Assembly: GCF_001194135.2 (NCBI RefSeq)
Contig: NC_068982.1
Location: 48,353,632-48,417,631 of the forward strand
Source: Octopus bimaculoides
Taxonomy: Eukaryota
Direction of reading: 5' to 3'
Length of the DNA stretch: 64,000 nucleotides
Notes under the pieces: generated by a model
Seen by the model: the letters and a program-made list of their open reading frames with translations, nothing else
Told to the model about the DNA's origin: nothing
The model's database searches: none
Translations under genes and position numbers: made by a program
Shown: positions 13,331-27,864 of the stretch, in pieces
How positions within the stretch are numbered: position 1 is the first letter of the stretch
Layout of the letters: each line of letters starts with the position of its first letter

Positions 13331-13568
13331 AGACAGCTTCCATACTAGGACACTGCTTTGAAGGGTTTAGTTTAACAAATCGACCCCAGCACCTTTTTTT
13401 ATTTATTTTTCTATTGCATGGTACGTATTCTATCAGTTTCTTTTAGCTGAACTGCTAAGTGACAGGGATGTAAACATACCAGCACTGGCAATGGTGAGGA
13501 ACAAATGTAAAGACACACACACACATAGATGCATACATATACACATATGATGAGTTTCTTTCAGTTTC

Positions 13569-13799
13569 GTATTTCTTTATTGCCCACAAGGGGCTAAACA
13601 TAGAGGGGACAAACAAGGACAGACAAAGGGATTAAATTGATTACATCGACCCCAGTGCATAACTGGTGCTTAATTTATCAACCCCGAAAGGATGAAAGGC
13701 AAAATCGACCCCGGCGGAATTTGAACTCAGAACGTAACAGCAGATGAAATACCACTAAGCATTTCGCCTCGCATGCAAACGTTTCTGCCAGCTCGCCGG
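13569..13799 (-). mobile_element. Young SINE (family B) inserted into an older family A SINE
   Basis: Exact 11-bp duplication CTTTCAGTTTC at 13558-13568 and 13800-13810. Family A halves at ~13365-13568 and ~13800-13950. Other family B copies near 9480, 27025, 28085, 28320, 37645, 40615, 40880, 52345 and 63790. Confidence 0.85.
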
Positions 13800-15072
13800 C
13801 TTTCAGTTTCTGTCTACTAAATCCATTCACAAGGCTTTTGTTGGCCTGGAGATATAAACGAATACACTTGCTCAACATGCCATGCAGTGAGACTGAACTC
13901 AGAAGCACGTGGATTAGGAGACAAACTTCTAACCACACAACCACACCTTTGTGGACATTAAAAAAAGGCAACAAGTGGTGATAAATGAGAATATTTCAAC
14001 TTATTTATAAGTCAGACAACTTAGATAGGTTTGGCAGTAATTGGTCTATGGCATGTCTAATTTAATAGCACCAAACAGGACAGTCCTTTAAGCCATGTTT
14101 TAGAACATCATAGCCCACTTGAGTAAGGAATTGTTTACTGAGATGTAAGATGTGTTTGGATGTTGGCTATTTTGAATGGTATTTTGTGAAGGAATACATC
14201 CAAGTAACAGTTAAATCTTATGGAACATTTTCCTTTTTCTTCTTTGATTACTTTATGTCGGATCAGCTGAAGTAAAAAAAAGTTGTGAAGCAGTGTTGTT
14301 ATGTAATGTGAGCACAGATGTTGTAGAGGACATATTCTAAACAACCTATTATTCATTTCAGTTATTTTGTTATCCGATATCTTTTGTGTGTCACATTATG
14401 TACACACACACACACACACACACACATATTTATATATTGGTTCAAAGCTGATAATTCACAGTACTGCTTCTACACAGTCTCTTTACTCTGTTCATATGTT
14501 CTTATTGGTTAATAAACTTGGAGTAATGGTGGAGTGAATCATCAATGTTGAATAAATGTATTCAAATACAGGTATTAGATTTTCTATCTACCACCACCGC
14601 TGCCATTTAACATCTGGCTTCTGGGCCTGCATGGGATGGAGGATTTAACAGTGTCTGTTGCGTCAGAGGACAGTGCCATGCACCAATGTAAATACTTTGG
14701 CATGGATTCTGCAGCTGGATTCCTTTTCTAATGCTTACCACTTTTACAGAGTTCATTCAGTGCTTTGTTTTTATTTTTTATTTTTATTTTTTTATCATGC
14801 CACCAATACAAGTGATAGTCACCTCATAACTTGCAACTTTAAGTGAGGAAGTTGAAATATAATAGAAGGATAGAGAATTGGTGTTTTGTTATAGTGGAGA
14901 TATATGGCTATCCCATTTGGAAAGGAAAGGCGAGAGAAGAGAGAGAGATAGGGTTAGAAAGACAGATAAGAAGACAGAAAGATAGAGAGATAAAGAGAGA
15001 GATAGAAAGTGGTGGAAATGTGTCAGGAGATACTCTCAAGGTACAGTACAGATATGTGTGTGTGTGTGTGTT

Positions 15073-15107
<35 letters not shown>

Positions 15108-15839
15108 CTGTCTGTCTGTCTGCCTCCCTGCCTTTCAGTCTGTCTGTATGTATTCTTATGTTTCAGTCGTTTGACTGCAGCCATGCTGGAGCACCGCTTT
15201 TAGTCGAACAAATTGAACCCAGGACTTATTCTTTGTAAGCCTAGTACTTATTCTACCGGTCTCTTTGGCCGAGCTGCTAAGTTACGGGGGATGTAAACAC
15301 ACCAATATTGATTGTCAAGCGATGGTGGTGGTGAGGGGAAACAAACACAGACACACAAACACACATATACGACGGGCTTCTTTCAGCTTCCGTCTACCAA
15401 ATTTTGTCCAAGGTGCCATGCAGTGGGACTGAACCCAGAACTATGTGGTTGGTAAGCAAGTTACTTACCACACACCCACTCCTGCACATATGCGTGTGTC
15501 TGTGCATGCACGTATATCTGTCTGCCTGCCTGCCTTTCAGTCTGTCTGTATGTATGCCTTTTCTTTCTCATTTTAATTTTAGAGTAAATTTAAACTGGCC
15601 ACCAACTTGGTAGCAAGATAGTGAAGGGAAGCATCTTGATTTCGCTGTCATCTTCTCAGTCTTAAGAAGATCTTACAGATTTTTATAGTCCCAGATATCA
15701 TGATTCCAAGTTCAGTCATATTTTGCTCCAGATAGGTAGGTAGGTATGAATCCTGTTGCCCCAATAATAATGGGTATGAAGCTGTAAGTGTATTGTGGGT
15801 ACTGGATTGTTCGTTTGTGTGTATGTATATGTGTGTGAG

Positions 15840-16208
15840 TGGAGGCGCAATGGCCCAGTGGTTAGGGCAGCGGACTCGCGGTCATAGAATCGTGGTTTCG
15901 ATTCCCAGACTGGGCGTTGTGAGTGTTTATTGAGTGGAAATACCTAAAGCTCCACGAAGCTCCGGCAGGGGACGGTGGCGAACCCTGCTGTACTCTTTCA
16001 CCACAACTTTCTTCCTGTTTCTGTTGTACCTGTAATTCAAAGGGTCAGCCTTGTCACACTGTGTCACGTTGAATATCCCCGAGAACTACGTTAAGGGTAC
16101 AAGTGTCTGTGGAGTGCTCAGCTACTTGCATGTTAATTTCACGAGCAGGCTGTTCCGTTGATCGGATCAACTGGAACCCTCGACGTCGTGAGCGACGGAG
16201 TGCCAACA
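15840..16208 (+). mobile_element. Near full-length tRNA-derived SINE (family D)
   Basis: A box TGGCCCAGTGG and B box GTTTCGATTCC; the body matches 47679-48069 closely. Confidence 0.85.
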
Positions 16209-16939
16209 AATATTTGTGTGTGTGTGTGCGTGTGTTTATTAAAAGAGAAAGTGAGACAACATGAAAAATGATTTATGGAAAAGGACAATTAGACAAGAAA
16301 TATCTCATGCAAGCTATGGCGTCCAGACTGGTTTCAGTCGTCAGATGTATTAGAAGAATATTAACTGACTGGTACATTGTTTTATTGATTTCTATCTACT
16401 GAATGACTAAGGTTTAACGTGTTGTTGTAATAGGATGTAATGCCATACTTTAGTATACTCACAAAGACACACGGATGCATGTTCACACACACCACTCACA
16501 CTCAAACACAGACGTGTGTGTGTGTGTGTATGTATGTAGTTAGGGAGGGAAGCAAGAAAGAGAGAGCTAGGTATGCATGCCTGCATGTGCGCATGCCTAT
16601 ACGTTTGTATGTATGTAATGCATGCTTGCATGTATTTTGGCCATATTATAAGGGCTCAGAGACCTTCTGTGCTCACGTCACCAGGGATGGGGTGGATGGA
16701 AAATGGGCTTGACAGAACACAGATGATGATGAAACAATATCATCAATGATTGGTTGAATGAAGACCCTGATAGATTGAATGGTTGCAACATGAGACTGCA
16801 GTGCATGAAGAGAACTGGTGAATGTATCTGAGGCCTCCTACACTCAGACTGGAGGATGGACATAATCAGTCATAACTGCTAAGTTACGGGGACGTAAAGA
16901 CATCAACATCAGTTGTCAAGCGATGGTGGAGGGACAAAA

Positions 16940-16988
<49 letters not shown>

Positions 16989-18776
16989 GCTTCTTTCAGT
17001 TTCCGTCAACTAAATCCACTTATAAGGCTTTGGTCAACCCGAAGCTACAGTAGAAGAGACTTGCTCAAGGTACCACGCAGTGGGACTGAACCCAGAACCA
17101 TGTGGTTGGGAAGCAAGCTTCTTACCACATAGCCATGCCTGCGCCTTCTTTGTGTGGCTACCTTCAGTAAATTGTAATCTCTCATCCATAATTTAGTTGA
17201 TATTTTGAAAGTTGTTAAAATACTTTTATACTGGGCTGGGATATTGTGTTTTCTTCTCTTTTCATGCAAGCNNNNNNNNNNNNNNNNNNNNNNNNNNNNN
17301 NNNNNNNNNNNNNNNNNNNNNNNNNNNNNNNNNNNNNNNNNNNNNNNNNNNNNNNNNNNNNNNNNNNNNNNNNNNNNNNNNNNNNNNNNNNNNNNNNNNN
17401 NNNNNNNNNNNNNNNNNNNNNNNNNNNNNNNNNNNNNNNNNNNNNNNNNNNNNNNNNNNNNNNNNNNNNNNNNGGTGGTTAAGAGGGCGGGGGAAACTTT
17501 AGAGAAAAAGGAGGCGTTGGGAGGAAGACAGTGGATTGCTGGGGGGCGCAATGAATTTATTATAATATTATTATAGTATCGTATACAAATTATATAATAC
17601 TATATTAAATATCAAATGATTGAATTAAACGAAACTCTCCCACCACCTCACAAACACGGATAAAAATGTTTCACAAATAATTCCGATATAATTGGAATGT
17701 AAATAACATGAAAGTATATGTAGAAAATCTCATGAAAATAATATCCATTTTTCTGAAATTTATGAGGAAACAAAGTCGGCAGGTTTGGGGGCACACTTGC
17801 GTAGGGGGTACACTTGCCTACACGAGTGATTGTAAAGCGAACTTCTAAACTTAGGTAATATAAATATCTATTAATGTCGAATGGAGCTTGTGAAATTCTA
17901 CTTCTTGAAATTTTCTGCAACAGACTGGTTTAATTGTACATTAAACTATTCAAGCTATTCTATGAAAAGTTTTAATTATATTGTGTCATGATTAATTCGG
18001 TTTGATTTTCTTTCCATCTTGTAAACCAGTGCTTCCCAAACTATCTGATGTGGCGTACCGGCATTTTTTTTTCACCGATGTGCCAGGGACCGGTAATATT
18101 TCTTAGTAATATTAATTTATACCGAAATCAATATATATAATGAATATAATAAATTTGACAATAATTTCTTATCGTATATTTATTTTGTAAACAAATAATA
18201 CAATATTACACAAGCATTTTATAATGTTTCTTTCTTTTCTGGAAATTCGCCACGCACCGAACAGCTGATGGCTCCAAACAATTTACTAAAGTTTCAAAAG
18301 GCAACAGAAAGTGATAAAGGGAAATAATTCAGTACATTTAAGAAGCGATTATCTCCCCTGAACCAGTCGCACAACATTGAACTACATTTACACAATGAAA
18401 CGTAATACATGAGAATCAAATGCATCCTAGCTATGATTAATCGTTATTTTCTGAAATACGTAGGCCTACACAGGTCATGGGCAAACTGCGGCCCGCAGGA
18501 CATTCTGAATGACACGCCAATGAAAATTTATTTTGAATTTTTTAAATAGTATTTCGGTTCGCCTGATAATGAGTCGTTTTATGCACCAGTTTCTCGACCA
18601 CAATATCAAAGGCGAAGTGTCCTTATGTAGAACGTCAGGGTGGGATTAGGCTGATATTTCAAGCAATTTCAACGACCACAAATAGGCTTCCTTGTTGGTT
18701 TGTAAGTGTAATTGTTGTTTATTCTCCTGTTGTAAATTTCAGTTAAACAGACCTAAAATTTAAGGTTTCCTAGTAG

Positions 18777-18934
18777 CATTAGCGTAGCTGTGTGTGGTGG
18801 GGGTCCGCCTCGGGTGATATTTTTAAAGAGGCGGCTTTTTGGGGTCTGCCATAAGCAATATGTGTTTTTGTGGGGTCCGGGGGCGGCAAACGGAAGGGCT
18901 GCCCCGGGAGGCATACACTCCAGTTACGCTAGTG
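18777..18934. mobile_element. hAT-type MITE with 8-bp target-site duplication
   Basis: TIRs CATTAGCGTAGCT / AGTTACGCTAGTG, flanked by CCTAGTAG (18769-76) and CCTAGCAG (18935-42). Confidence 0.7.
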
Positions 18935-19059
18935 CCTAGCAGCCATCATTCCCTATTTTGTTTTCCAGGAATAGTGTAGCTAGGATTACATTGTCCAGCG
19001 TGTCCTTCTTAAAAATGGTAGCGTGCGATTTTTTTGTTTTTGTTTTTTAGTAGTTTTGT

Positions 19060-19640
19060 CTTGAGTAAAAGGGTCGTCTCCATAGCTTTAACAAATTCTC
19101 AGAGACCAGTGAGATTGACGCCATTAACGTTCTGTTGCAAACTAACAGCTACAAGAAAATATGTGCAGGGAGGAAATTCCAGAGAGCCGAGGTTTCGGAA
19201 AGGAAAGGCTGAAGCAGTGGTTAGTGTGCGGCAACTTCCTTTCATTTTAAGTATGACGTCATGTGTCGGTAAATCAACCAGTACAAGTTTGACACTTACC
19301 ATACTTAAAACGAAAGGACGTATGCAGTCTGAGTGGTGGATACAACACGATTGGAAAAGAGGAGAAGAGACGAGAGTCAAAAGTCTTTGGGTGGAGTTGG
19401 CACGAAACCTACCAGTTTCAAGTATAACCCCTTGCGATGATGGTAGAAAAGGCAGGGAGAGGACAAAACACGTCTATGAGTCACAGTGTACAGAGTAATA
19501 CTCCACAGTGGATCTCAGACAAGCTTTATAAAAGACTTGTAGTTGATAGGGGACGAAGTATTTTCTGGTTCTACAGGGAAGGGTTAGTTGGCATAATTAC
19601 CAGTTTGGTGTTTTTACCGCTCGCAGACTGTACATCCTCA
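19060..19640 (-). mobile_element. Decayed CR1/L2/Jockey-type LINE 3' fragment
   Basis: Minus-strand QLQVFYKACLRSTVEYYSVH resembles the LxLYKAxIRPxLEYxSxVW motif downstream of the RT in these LINEs; locally GC-richer. Confidence 0.45.
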
Positions 19641-21265
19641 TAACTTTCATAGATATTTCCTAATGAAATTTTGCAGAGATACGTTTTCGAGGGTGTGTTT
19701 TGTATTGATAAAATTTAACAAAAGATTTTTTTCTAGCAGAATTCTAAATCACCCGATGAAAATGTTTCTGCAAGGTTTCNNNNNNNNNNNNNNNNNNNNN
19801 NNNNNNNNNNNNNNNNNNNNNNNNNNNNNNNNNNNNNNNNNNNNNNNNNNNNNNNNNNNNNNNNNNNNNNNNNNNNNNNNNNNNNNNNNNNNNNNNNNNN
19901 NNNNNNNNNNNNNNNNNNNNNNNNNNNNNNNNNNNNNNNNNNNNNNNNNNNNNNNNNNNNNNNNNNNNNNNNNNNNNNNNNNTTTTGTTGACAAACAACG
20001 GCATTAATTTTATTCAAGGGAAAAAATCCCGTAACACCGTTGTTTACATTCCACGGCGTAATTGTTTTCACCTAAATAGACGTCAGTGATTGGTTGAAAT
20101 TACCGAAATACGACAATTTTTTACATGAAATAACTTCGAATACAAAATATTTTATCTGTTTTATAACACAAAATATACAAGTATTCGAAGTTTGAAAGTG
20201 TTTCGGTACCAAAAACACTACATAAAAAAATGTTGGCCGTCAAACCATAAAGATCCCCAAACTTTTCCGAAAAGTGTTTTCTGAAAATTTTATCATAACA
20301 ATCATAAACTACACTCTCGAGAGCGGACGGGAACTGAGGGAAACACGTCGTATATGTGAGTGTGTGTCTTTGTTCCCCACTACAGCTTGACAACCGATGT
20401 CAGTTTGTTTACCTCCCCTTAACGGCTAGGTATTAATAGAATAAGTGCAAGGGTCGACTCGTTCGACTAAGATTCTTCACGGTGGTGCTCTAGCATGGCC
20501 GTAGTCTAATGAATGAAACAAGTAAAAGAGAATTATTACCAAATTGTCAACAAAATGGAATTGATCAATTTTCTTTATATTATTGGAGATGTACTTGCAT
20601 AGAAAGTGACTTGATCTGATCGTTTTAATTCTAACTCTCAGATGAAGAGTTATTTCCCTTGGAACATGACATGGTCAAATTCCGACGTCAATTTCTTGGG
20701 AGTCAAAATGACAGACATTAGTTGAATATCTCTTCGTACTAAGTTTCCCTAATGCTTGGGGTTCGAATGTGTGCGTGTGTTGTCGGACATCCGGGCAGTT
20801 TTAGTGCACATGAGAACTGCATATGGTAAAATAAGTTGCCGTCAAACGTTGGTGTCGATGTAATCTACTAGCCGCGTCCACCAAAATTTCAGTTCTTGAG
20901 CCTATAGCAGAAAAGATTCTTATTTTTTGCCTGATGGGTTTAGAGGGTACACTCCCCTACGGACCCATGGCCTAGTATATAAATTTACAAATAGCTCATA
21001 TGCTATGACAAAGCAACGTTTTTTTTTGTTTTAGAAAGCTATATATTTTTTAAATATAAAAGAATGGAGTTTATTCATTCTTTTATATTTACTTGTAATT
21101 CTTTTATATGTTACTCGTTATTAAATGAGTCTCCAAAATGAAGAAAAACGAGGGGTTATGTGCATTCATTCATGTGAGCATGCACGTAGAAAAACACAAC
21201 TTATGCATTTAATATGTGTATTAGAGTGAGAGAGAGAGAAAGAATATTTATATATATATATTTAT

Positions 21266-21338
<73 letters not shown>

Positions 21339-22884
21339 GATACAGAATGAGTGAGAGAGAGAGAGATACTTTTACTAGATGTCTCACAATATTCACCATG
21401 TTTACTTCCTGTACTATTTACAACAATTTCACTGAAAAATATGCATGCATAGCATATATAATTGAATACATTGCGCTATTAAACACACTCCGCTGTTATT
21501 GATCTACCATATTCAAAGTCTACCTTGATGTTAGCAAAGAAATTTCTCTTTTTTCTTTCTTTCTTTTTCTTACCCTATATTTGAGTCTCACTTTATTAAT
21601 TGGCTTATACACATAAAATTTCTAATGTAAATATATTCAAATTTTATATTTCTAAGGTGTGATTTTTTTTTAAAAAAGCATGTTATATGATTTGTTATAT
21701 ACACTGATAGTTCTATGATTGTAGAAATTTGTTTGGCATTGATCTCTACAGTCAGTGATAGACATGAAATGGAATTTATCATGATTACATGATAAATCAT
21801 CTATATTAATTCGATCAATGTCAACTTTGCTTTTATCATTTTAGAGTTTCCACAAATCTAGGTATAAGTGTGTGGTAAGAAGCCTGCTTCTCAACCACAT
21901 GGTTCTGGGTTCAGCCCCGCTGTGTGGCATGGCAGGCAAGTGTCTTCTACTATAGCCCCAAGTTGACTAAGCTAAAGTGAATATTTACTACTGTTGTCAC
22001 ACATTATTATTATAGGTGCAGGTGTAGCTATGTGGTAAGAAGTTTGCTTCCCAACCACATCATTCTGGGTTCAGCCCCATTGTGTGTCTTTTACTATATA
22101 GTCTTGAGCTGACCGAAGTCTTGTGAGTGAATTTGGTAGACGGAAACTGAAAGAAGCCTGTTTTATATTTATATATATGTTTATATCTATGTGTGTATGT
22201 CTTTGTGTTTGCCCCCCCCCCCATTTCATAACTGCTGGATAACTGGTGTTGGTTTGTTTGTGTCTTTGTAACTTAGCACTTTAAGGCTAAGTTCCAGGCC
22301 TAAAAAAATAAGTACTGGGGGTCAATTTATTTGACTAAGCCCTTCAGAGTAGTGTCTCAGCATGGCTGCTGTCCAATGACTAAAACAAGTAAAAGATTAA
22401 AAAAAAAAAAAAGAACAATCCAGGAGATTGGACTGATGAAACTGAAAGAATTTTGAAAGAAATGCTTTGTGGTATTTGTTCTATCATATTGCATTCTAAG
22501 TTCAAGTCCCGTCACACACAACCTAATTGGATGGGAGACTTAAACCATAACCCAGTTTACCACTGACATCTGGCATCTTGAAGCCTTTAGTACTGTGGTT
22601 CTCAACCAGGGCCTATTTAACCCCTGCAGTCCATTTAAGATATTTTGCTTGAGTGGATCCCAAAAATATTAGTCAGCTTGACAATGTACCAGCATATATG
22701 TACAAGTCAGGATAAGATTTTTCTGAGGAAGACTAGAGGTTGACCATCTTGGAAGCGTCACCTCTGCACACTACCAATATTTATCCATTATAGTTTTGTA
22801 TTGGGTCACCAGATCATATTTAGTTGCTTTTACAATGGCTGTTTTCAAATTTTTACAAATATTAATTTAATTATGCTTTCTTAC

Positions 22885-22965
22885 TTGAAACTCATCATAG
22901 ATTCTGTCTGTATCATTACACATGTTTTTCAGCCCACGGTAATTCAGTGGATGGGACAATTCAGC
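22885..22965 (-). CDS. Receptor PTP exon preceding the catalytic domain (81 nt, phase 0-0)
   Basis: ttattattttcatttcag|GCTGAA...TTTCAA|gtaaga; AELSHPLNYRGLKNMCNDTDRIYDEFQ, with the EF motif typical of the start of PTP domains. Too short for the ORF track; read manually. Confidence 0.85.
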
Positions 22966-23042
22966 CTGAAATGAAAATAATAAAATTATAAAGAGTTTTA
23001 TTGTAATAGAAAATAATACAAATATATATATATATATATATA

Positions 23043-23099
<57 letters not shown>

Positions 23100-25024
23100 A
23101 AATAGCAATTGTTTCAGAGATACTTTCAGAATTTTGTTCTAAGCTCTACAGTTGTTAAACAGTTAACAATTCAAACACATTGATATGATAATTTTAAAAT
23201 TCATAATTAATTAATCTAAGTGGGATGATAAACTGCTTCAACAGAAAATAAAGCTGAAATATGAAAATTAAAACTCTGTCACTATTTTAAGCACTAATTC
23301 AATGTATGTGTGTGTGTGTGTGTGTGTGCGTGTGTCTGTCTATCTGTCTGTCTGTGACCTGAATATGACCTTAAACTGCATCCATTAGTGGGGCCCTAGT
23401 TTGGGAGTTCAGTGTTTTGAGGAATGTGGAACCACATCTTAGCCACTTTTATTCCCAAGTCTATTCTGACCTGGAGTAGTAATTACCTTTCAAGGTCCCA
23501 GCTATTGGTTAATTAACATATGAGTGCATGTGAATACTGGATCCAGTGGACTCTGCAGTAGAAACATTCATAGTTTAACAGAGAGGAAAACAACTACAGC
23601 AATGCATTGTGGATTGCAAGGAGCATGATGAGGCAAATAAAACATATTTCTCATCCACTGCATCCAACTCCATCACCAGTCAATCTTGACTTGATCTTGC
23701 CACTGGATTGAAGATGATCACAGGCCAGAGAGTGAGGTCATCTTCAACTTCAACAAAATCAATGCACAAGTCATTAGTCATTCCTAAGGATGACCAGATG
23801 GTCCTCGTCACTCCACCAAATGAACATGATGTAGTTATGTATGTATGTATGTATGTATGTAATACAAACAACATATGAGTATATGCATATATATGTACAT
23901 GTATGTACATACCTACATCTACATGTATATATAGATGCATATCTGGGTACAGGATGTTGCAAAAGAAACGTGGAAAAAATGATAAACAGAGTACAGAAAA
24001 CACACAGGCCACATAGAGAACATTTCCTGTGGATCTTTATACCTGTACTAATAAAAAATATCAAAACTGTATTCCCATGCAAACTCTTGAAAAGGGGCTC
24101 AATAAACCTATGTAAAGCTACAGTGATAATATATAAAAATATATAAAATTTGAAGGACTGAGCTAAAAAAAAATGAATCGATGCATATAATATTGCAATA
24201 GAATAGGCTTGGCTGTGTGGTAAGAAGCTTGCTTCCCAACCACATGGTTCTGGGTTCAGTCTCATTGCATGGCATCTTGGGCAAGTGTCTTCCACCCTAC
24301 CGCTTGACTACTGGTATTGATGTGTTTATATGTCTCTGTAACTTAGTGGTTCAACAAAAGCGACAGATAGAATAAGTAACAGCCTTATCAAAATATAAGT
24401 ACTGGGGTTAATTCATTCAAACTAAAATTTTTCAAAGTGGTGACCCAGCTTGGCCGCAGTCAAATGACTGAAACAAATAAAAGATGTGTGTGTGTGTGTG
24501 TGATGATTGATTTTTACTTCGTTCTATTTAAATTACACATTATCATTCTTGCACCGCATAGAGCCCTTTGTATAAAGAATATGCTCCCAAGAGTGCTTTT
24601 ACTTGAAACTTAAGACATTTCAAATTTGTTTGTAATAACATCTCATGTTTTGCTTTACATAAATGATGAAGATACTATAGAAACAAGTTTACTTCGGTTT
24701 AAATCCCTCTCCTGTGGTCCTGCTGATCATGGGAAAACATGTGCTTATATTTTTACAAACCATTATCTGTCAGAAACATAATCATGTCTAGGATTGAAGG
24801 ATAAAAAGTAAGCAAAATTCATTGTGTGTTTATAAGTTTTAATGTATGTATGCAATATATATATGAATCTTTTTCGCTTATTTGTCCGAGTTCAGCACAT
24901 ACATGTTTATTGTGATATTTTAAGGTAGTTTAGAGACATTTGGCATCTTTTTTCAGCATGTGGCTTGGCCTGTATAAATTACTCACTTGCCCTGAATATA
25001 AATTTTTTTTTTTCATATATATAT

Positions 25025-25194
25025 AGGCTCAGGCACGGCTGTGTGGTGAGAAGCTTGCTTCCCGACCACATGGATTTGGGTTCAGTCCCACTGTGTGGCA
25101 CTTTGGGCTAGTGTCTTCTACTATAGCCTCAGACCAACCAAAGCCTTGTGAATGGATTTGGTAGAGGGAAACTGAAAGAAGCCCATTGTATATG

Positions 25195-25265
<71 letters not shown>

Positions 25266-25500
25266 TGCTATGTGTTTGTCTGTGTTTGTCCCCTAACCAC
25301 CACTTGACAACCGATGTTGGCATGCTTGCATCACCATAGCTTAGCGGTTTGGCAAAAGAGACCAATAGAATAAGTAGAATAAATACCAGGGTTAAAAAAA
25401 AAAAAAGTACTGGGGTTGATTTACACGACGAAAAATAATTTCAAGGCAGTGCCCCAGCATGGCCACAATCTAATGACTGAAACAAGTAAAAGAATAAAAG
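25025..25500 (+). mobile_element. Full-length SINE family A (tRNA-like head, central (TG)n, tail ACTGAAACAAGTAAAAGA)
   Basis: GGCTGTGTGGTGAGAAGCTTGCTTCCC head. Further copies near 11887, 15160, 16870, 21860, 24200, 26420, 35455, 37395, 43935, 45200, 60070, 61340 and 63070, on both strands. Confidence 0.85.
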
Positions 25501-27829
25501 AATAGACAATACATATATCATTATCATCATCATTTAACGTCCGTTTTTCATGCTGGCATGGGTTGGATAGTTTGACTGAGGTCTGGAAAGCCAGTGGCTG
25601 CACCAGGCACCAATCTGATCTGGCAAGGTTTCTACAGCTGGATGTCCTTCTTAACGCCAACCACTCCGAGAGTGTTGTGGGTGCCTTTTATGTGCCACCG
25701 GTACAGGAAACAGTCAGGCGGGCTTGGCATCGATCATGTTCAGATAGAGCTTTTTACATTCCACTGGCACGGGAGCCAGTCAAGGGGCACTGGCATCAGC
25801 CACATTCGAATGGTGCCTTTTATGTGCCACTAGAACAGGAGCCAGTCAGGGGACAGTGCCATACAACTTAAAGCTTTTTGGTGTTGTAAAATGAACCTAG
25901 CTCTTTACACTAGGTGGCATGGAACTGAATTGAACTGTCATTAAATAATAGATTTAACACCTGCCTAAAATGATGAGTGCTACTTTCATTTCTTTGTCCA
26001 CTTGCTTGTGTGTGTGTGTGTGTGTGTATCATCATACACACACACATTATAATGCTGGCATGAGTTGGATAGTTTGACATGGAGCTGACCAGCTGGGAGC
26101 TGTCCAGATCCCAATTGTCTGTTTTGGCATGATTTCTATGCCTGGATGACCTTCCTAATGACAACCACTTAACAGAATATACTGGGTGTTTTTTATGTGT
26201 CACCTGCACAGGTGCTTTTACACAGCACTGTGCTGGTACTGCATAAATTTGTTAAACCTGTTAACGAACTAGCTATCAACAAGCCATTAATACATGATGT
26301 AAAGATATCTATATATTTTTATTTTCTGCAATGATTTGATAAGCAGTACCATGTTTTTACAATTCTGTAAATAATAACAATGATATTTTTATAAGCTATA
26401 AAGCTTATGCAATGGACTTCTTTCAATCTTTGTCTACTGAATTCACTCATAAGCCTTTGATTGACCCAAATGTAAAGCAGAAGACACATGCCGAAGATGT
26501 CACACAGTGGGACTGAACCCAGAACCATGTGATTCGAAAAAATCTTCTTACCACACAGCCACACTGACATCTTTGTAGTTTATATATTTTGAAAATATTA
26601 TTATTGAATGTTATCTAATATTACATTGCCTGTGTTATCTATTATCATCTTTACATGCATTTTGTCAAAGATAAGGAGAAGCAAATGATACCAAACTGTA
26701 ATTTTAAATCACATTTGATTATTTTCTTTTGGAATAGATCAGCTGATTCCTAGTTTGTAAACTGCTGTTTCAAATGTGCTTTTTGTCACGTCTCTGGGTC
26801 TGACATTCAAAATGATATAAATTGTGCTTACAGATGGATAATTAAAAGCTATAAATTCAATTAATTAAAAATGAAGAAAGATTAGTTTATCTCCAAAATA
26901 AACCTGAAACATTATGGAATAAATTTATGCTCTGTTGTAAAATAGGTGTAAGATTATATTGTAATTGCGTAAACTATTATATAGTTGATCTTTACAAAGA
27001 TTATTATTTATTATAACATATTAAGGCGGTGAGCTGGCAGAATCGTTAGCAAGCTGGGCACAATACTTAGGGGTATTTTGTCCATCTTTACATTCTGAGT
27101 TCAAATTCTGCCAAGGTTGACTTTGCCTTTCATCTTTTTGGGATTGATAAATTAAGTACCAGTAAAACACTGGGGTTGAAGTATTCGACTAGTCTCTTCC
27201 CCCAAAATTTCAGGCCTTGTGCCTTTAGTAGAAAGGATTATAACATATTAAAATATTAAAAAAAAAAAAAAAATTTATGAACTGGATAAGAAGTTAGAAA
27301 TGTGAGACAAATTATTAACTTTACTTCAAAGTTTGGTATGCTCTTCCTAATGCCAACCACTTTACAGAGTATGCTGGGTATGATTTCAATGTGATATTGG
27401 CATGGCTGATTTTATGTGACACCGACACAAGTGTTATCATGTGGAACTGGCACAGGTTCATTTCATGTAGCACTGGCACAAGTACATTTTATGTAGCACT
27501 GGTACAAAAGTGAGTTAATGAAAGAACCACTACACAATTGGTCAACCTGTTAAAAACAGCAGCCAAACCTCATTCAAATTAAACCCTATTAGAGAGAGAG
27601 AGATAGAGAGAGAGAAAGAGAGAGAGAGAGAGAGGGAATGTGGTAGCAACACATTAAACAATTTAATCTCTGATAAACAAAATTGTTGATAGGTCAGGCT
27701 GGAACACTTTTGAGTCTATATCTGTTGAGTCATTATTGGCCTGAGACTAAACAGCAGCAGCTAAAAATAGGCAGAACAGTTTTGAGTGGACTGCATAACT
27801 GATGAGAACTAACTCTTATTAAGGGTTAT

Positions 27830-27864
<35 letters not shown>

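Noticed and set aside
19034-19498. 154-aa + strand ORF
   Set aside because: No recognisable protein motif; the opposite strand shows LINE-like remnants.
23680-24012. ORF ending ...VEVEDDLTLWPVIIFNP as a possible extra PTP exon
   Set aside because: No convincing donor, phase incompatible with the phase-0 neighbours, and the ORF runs into a microsatellite.
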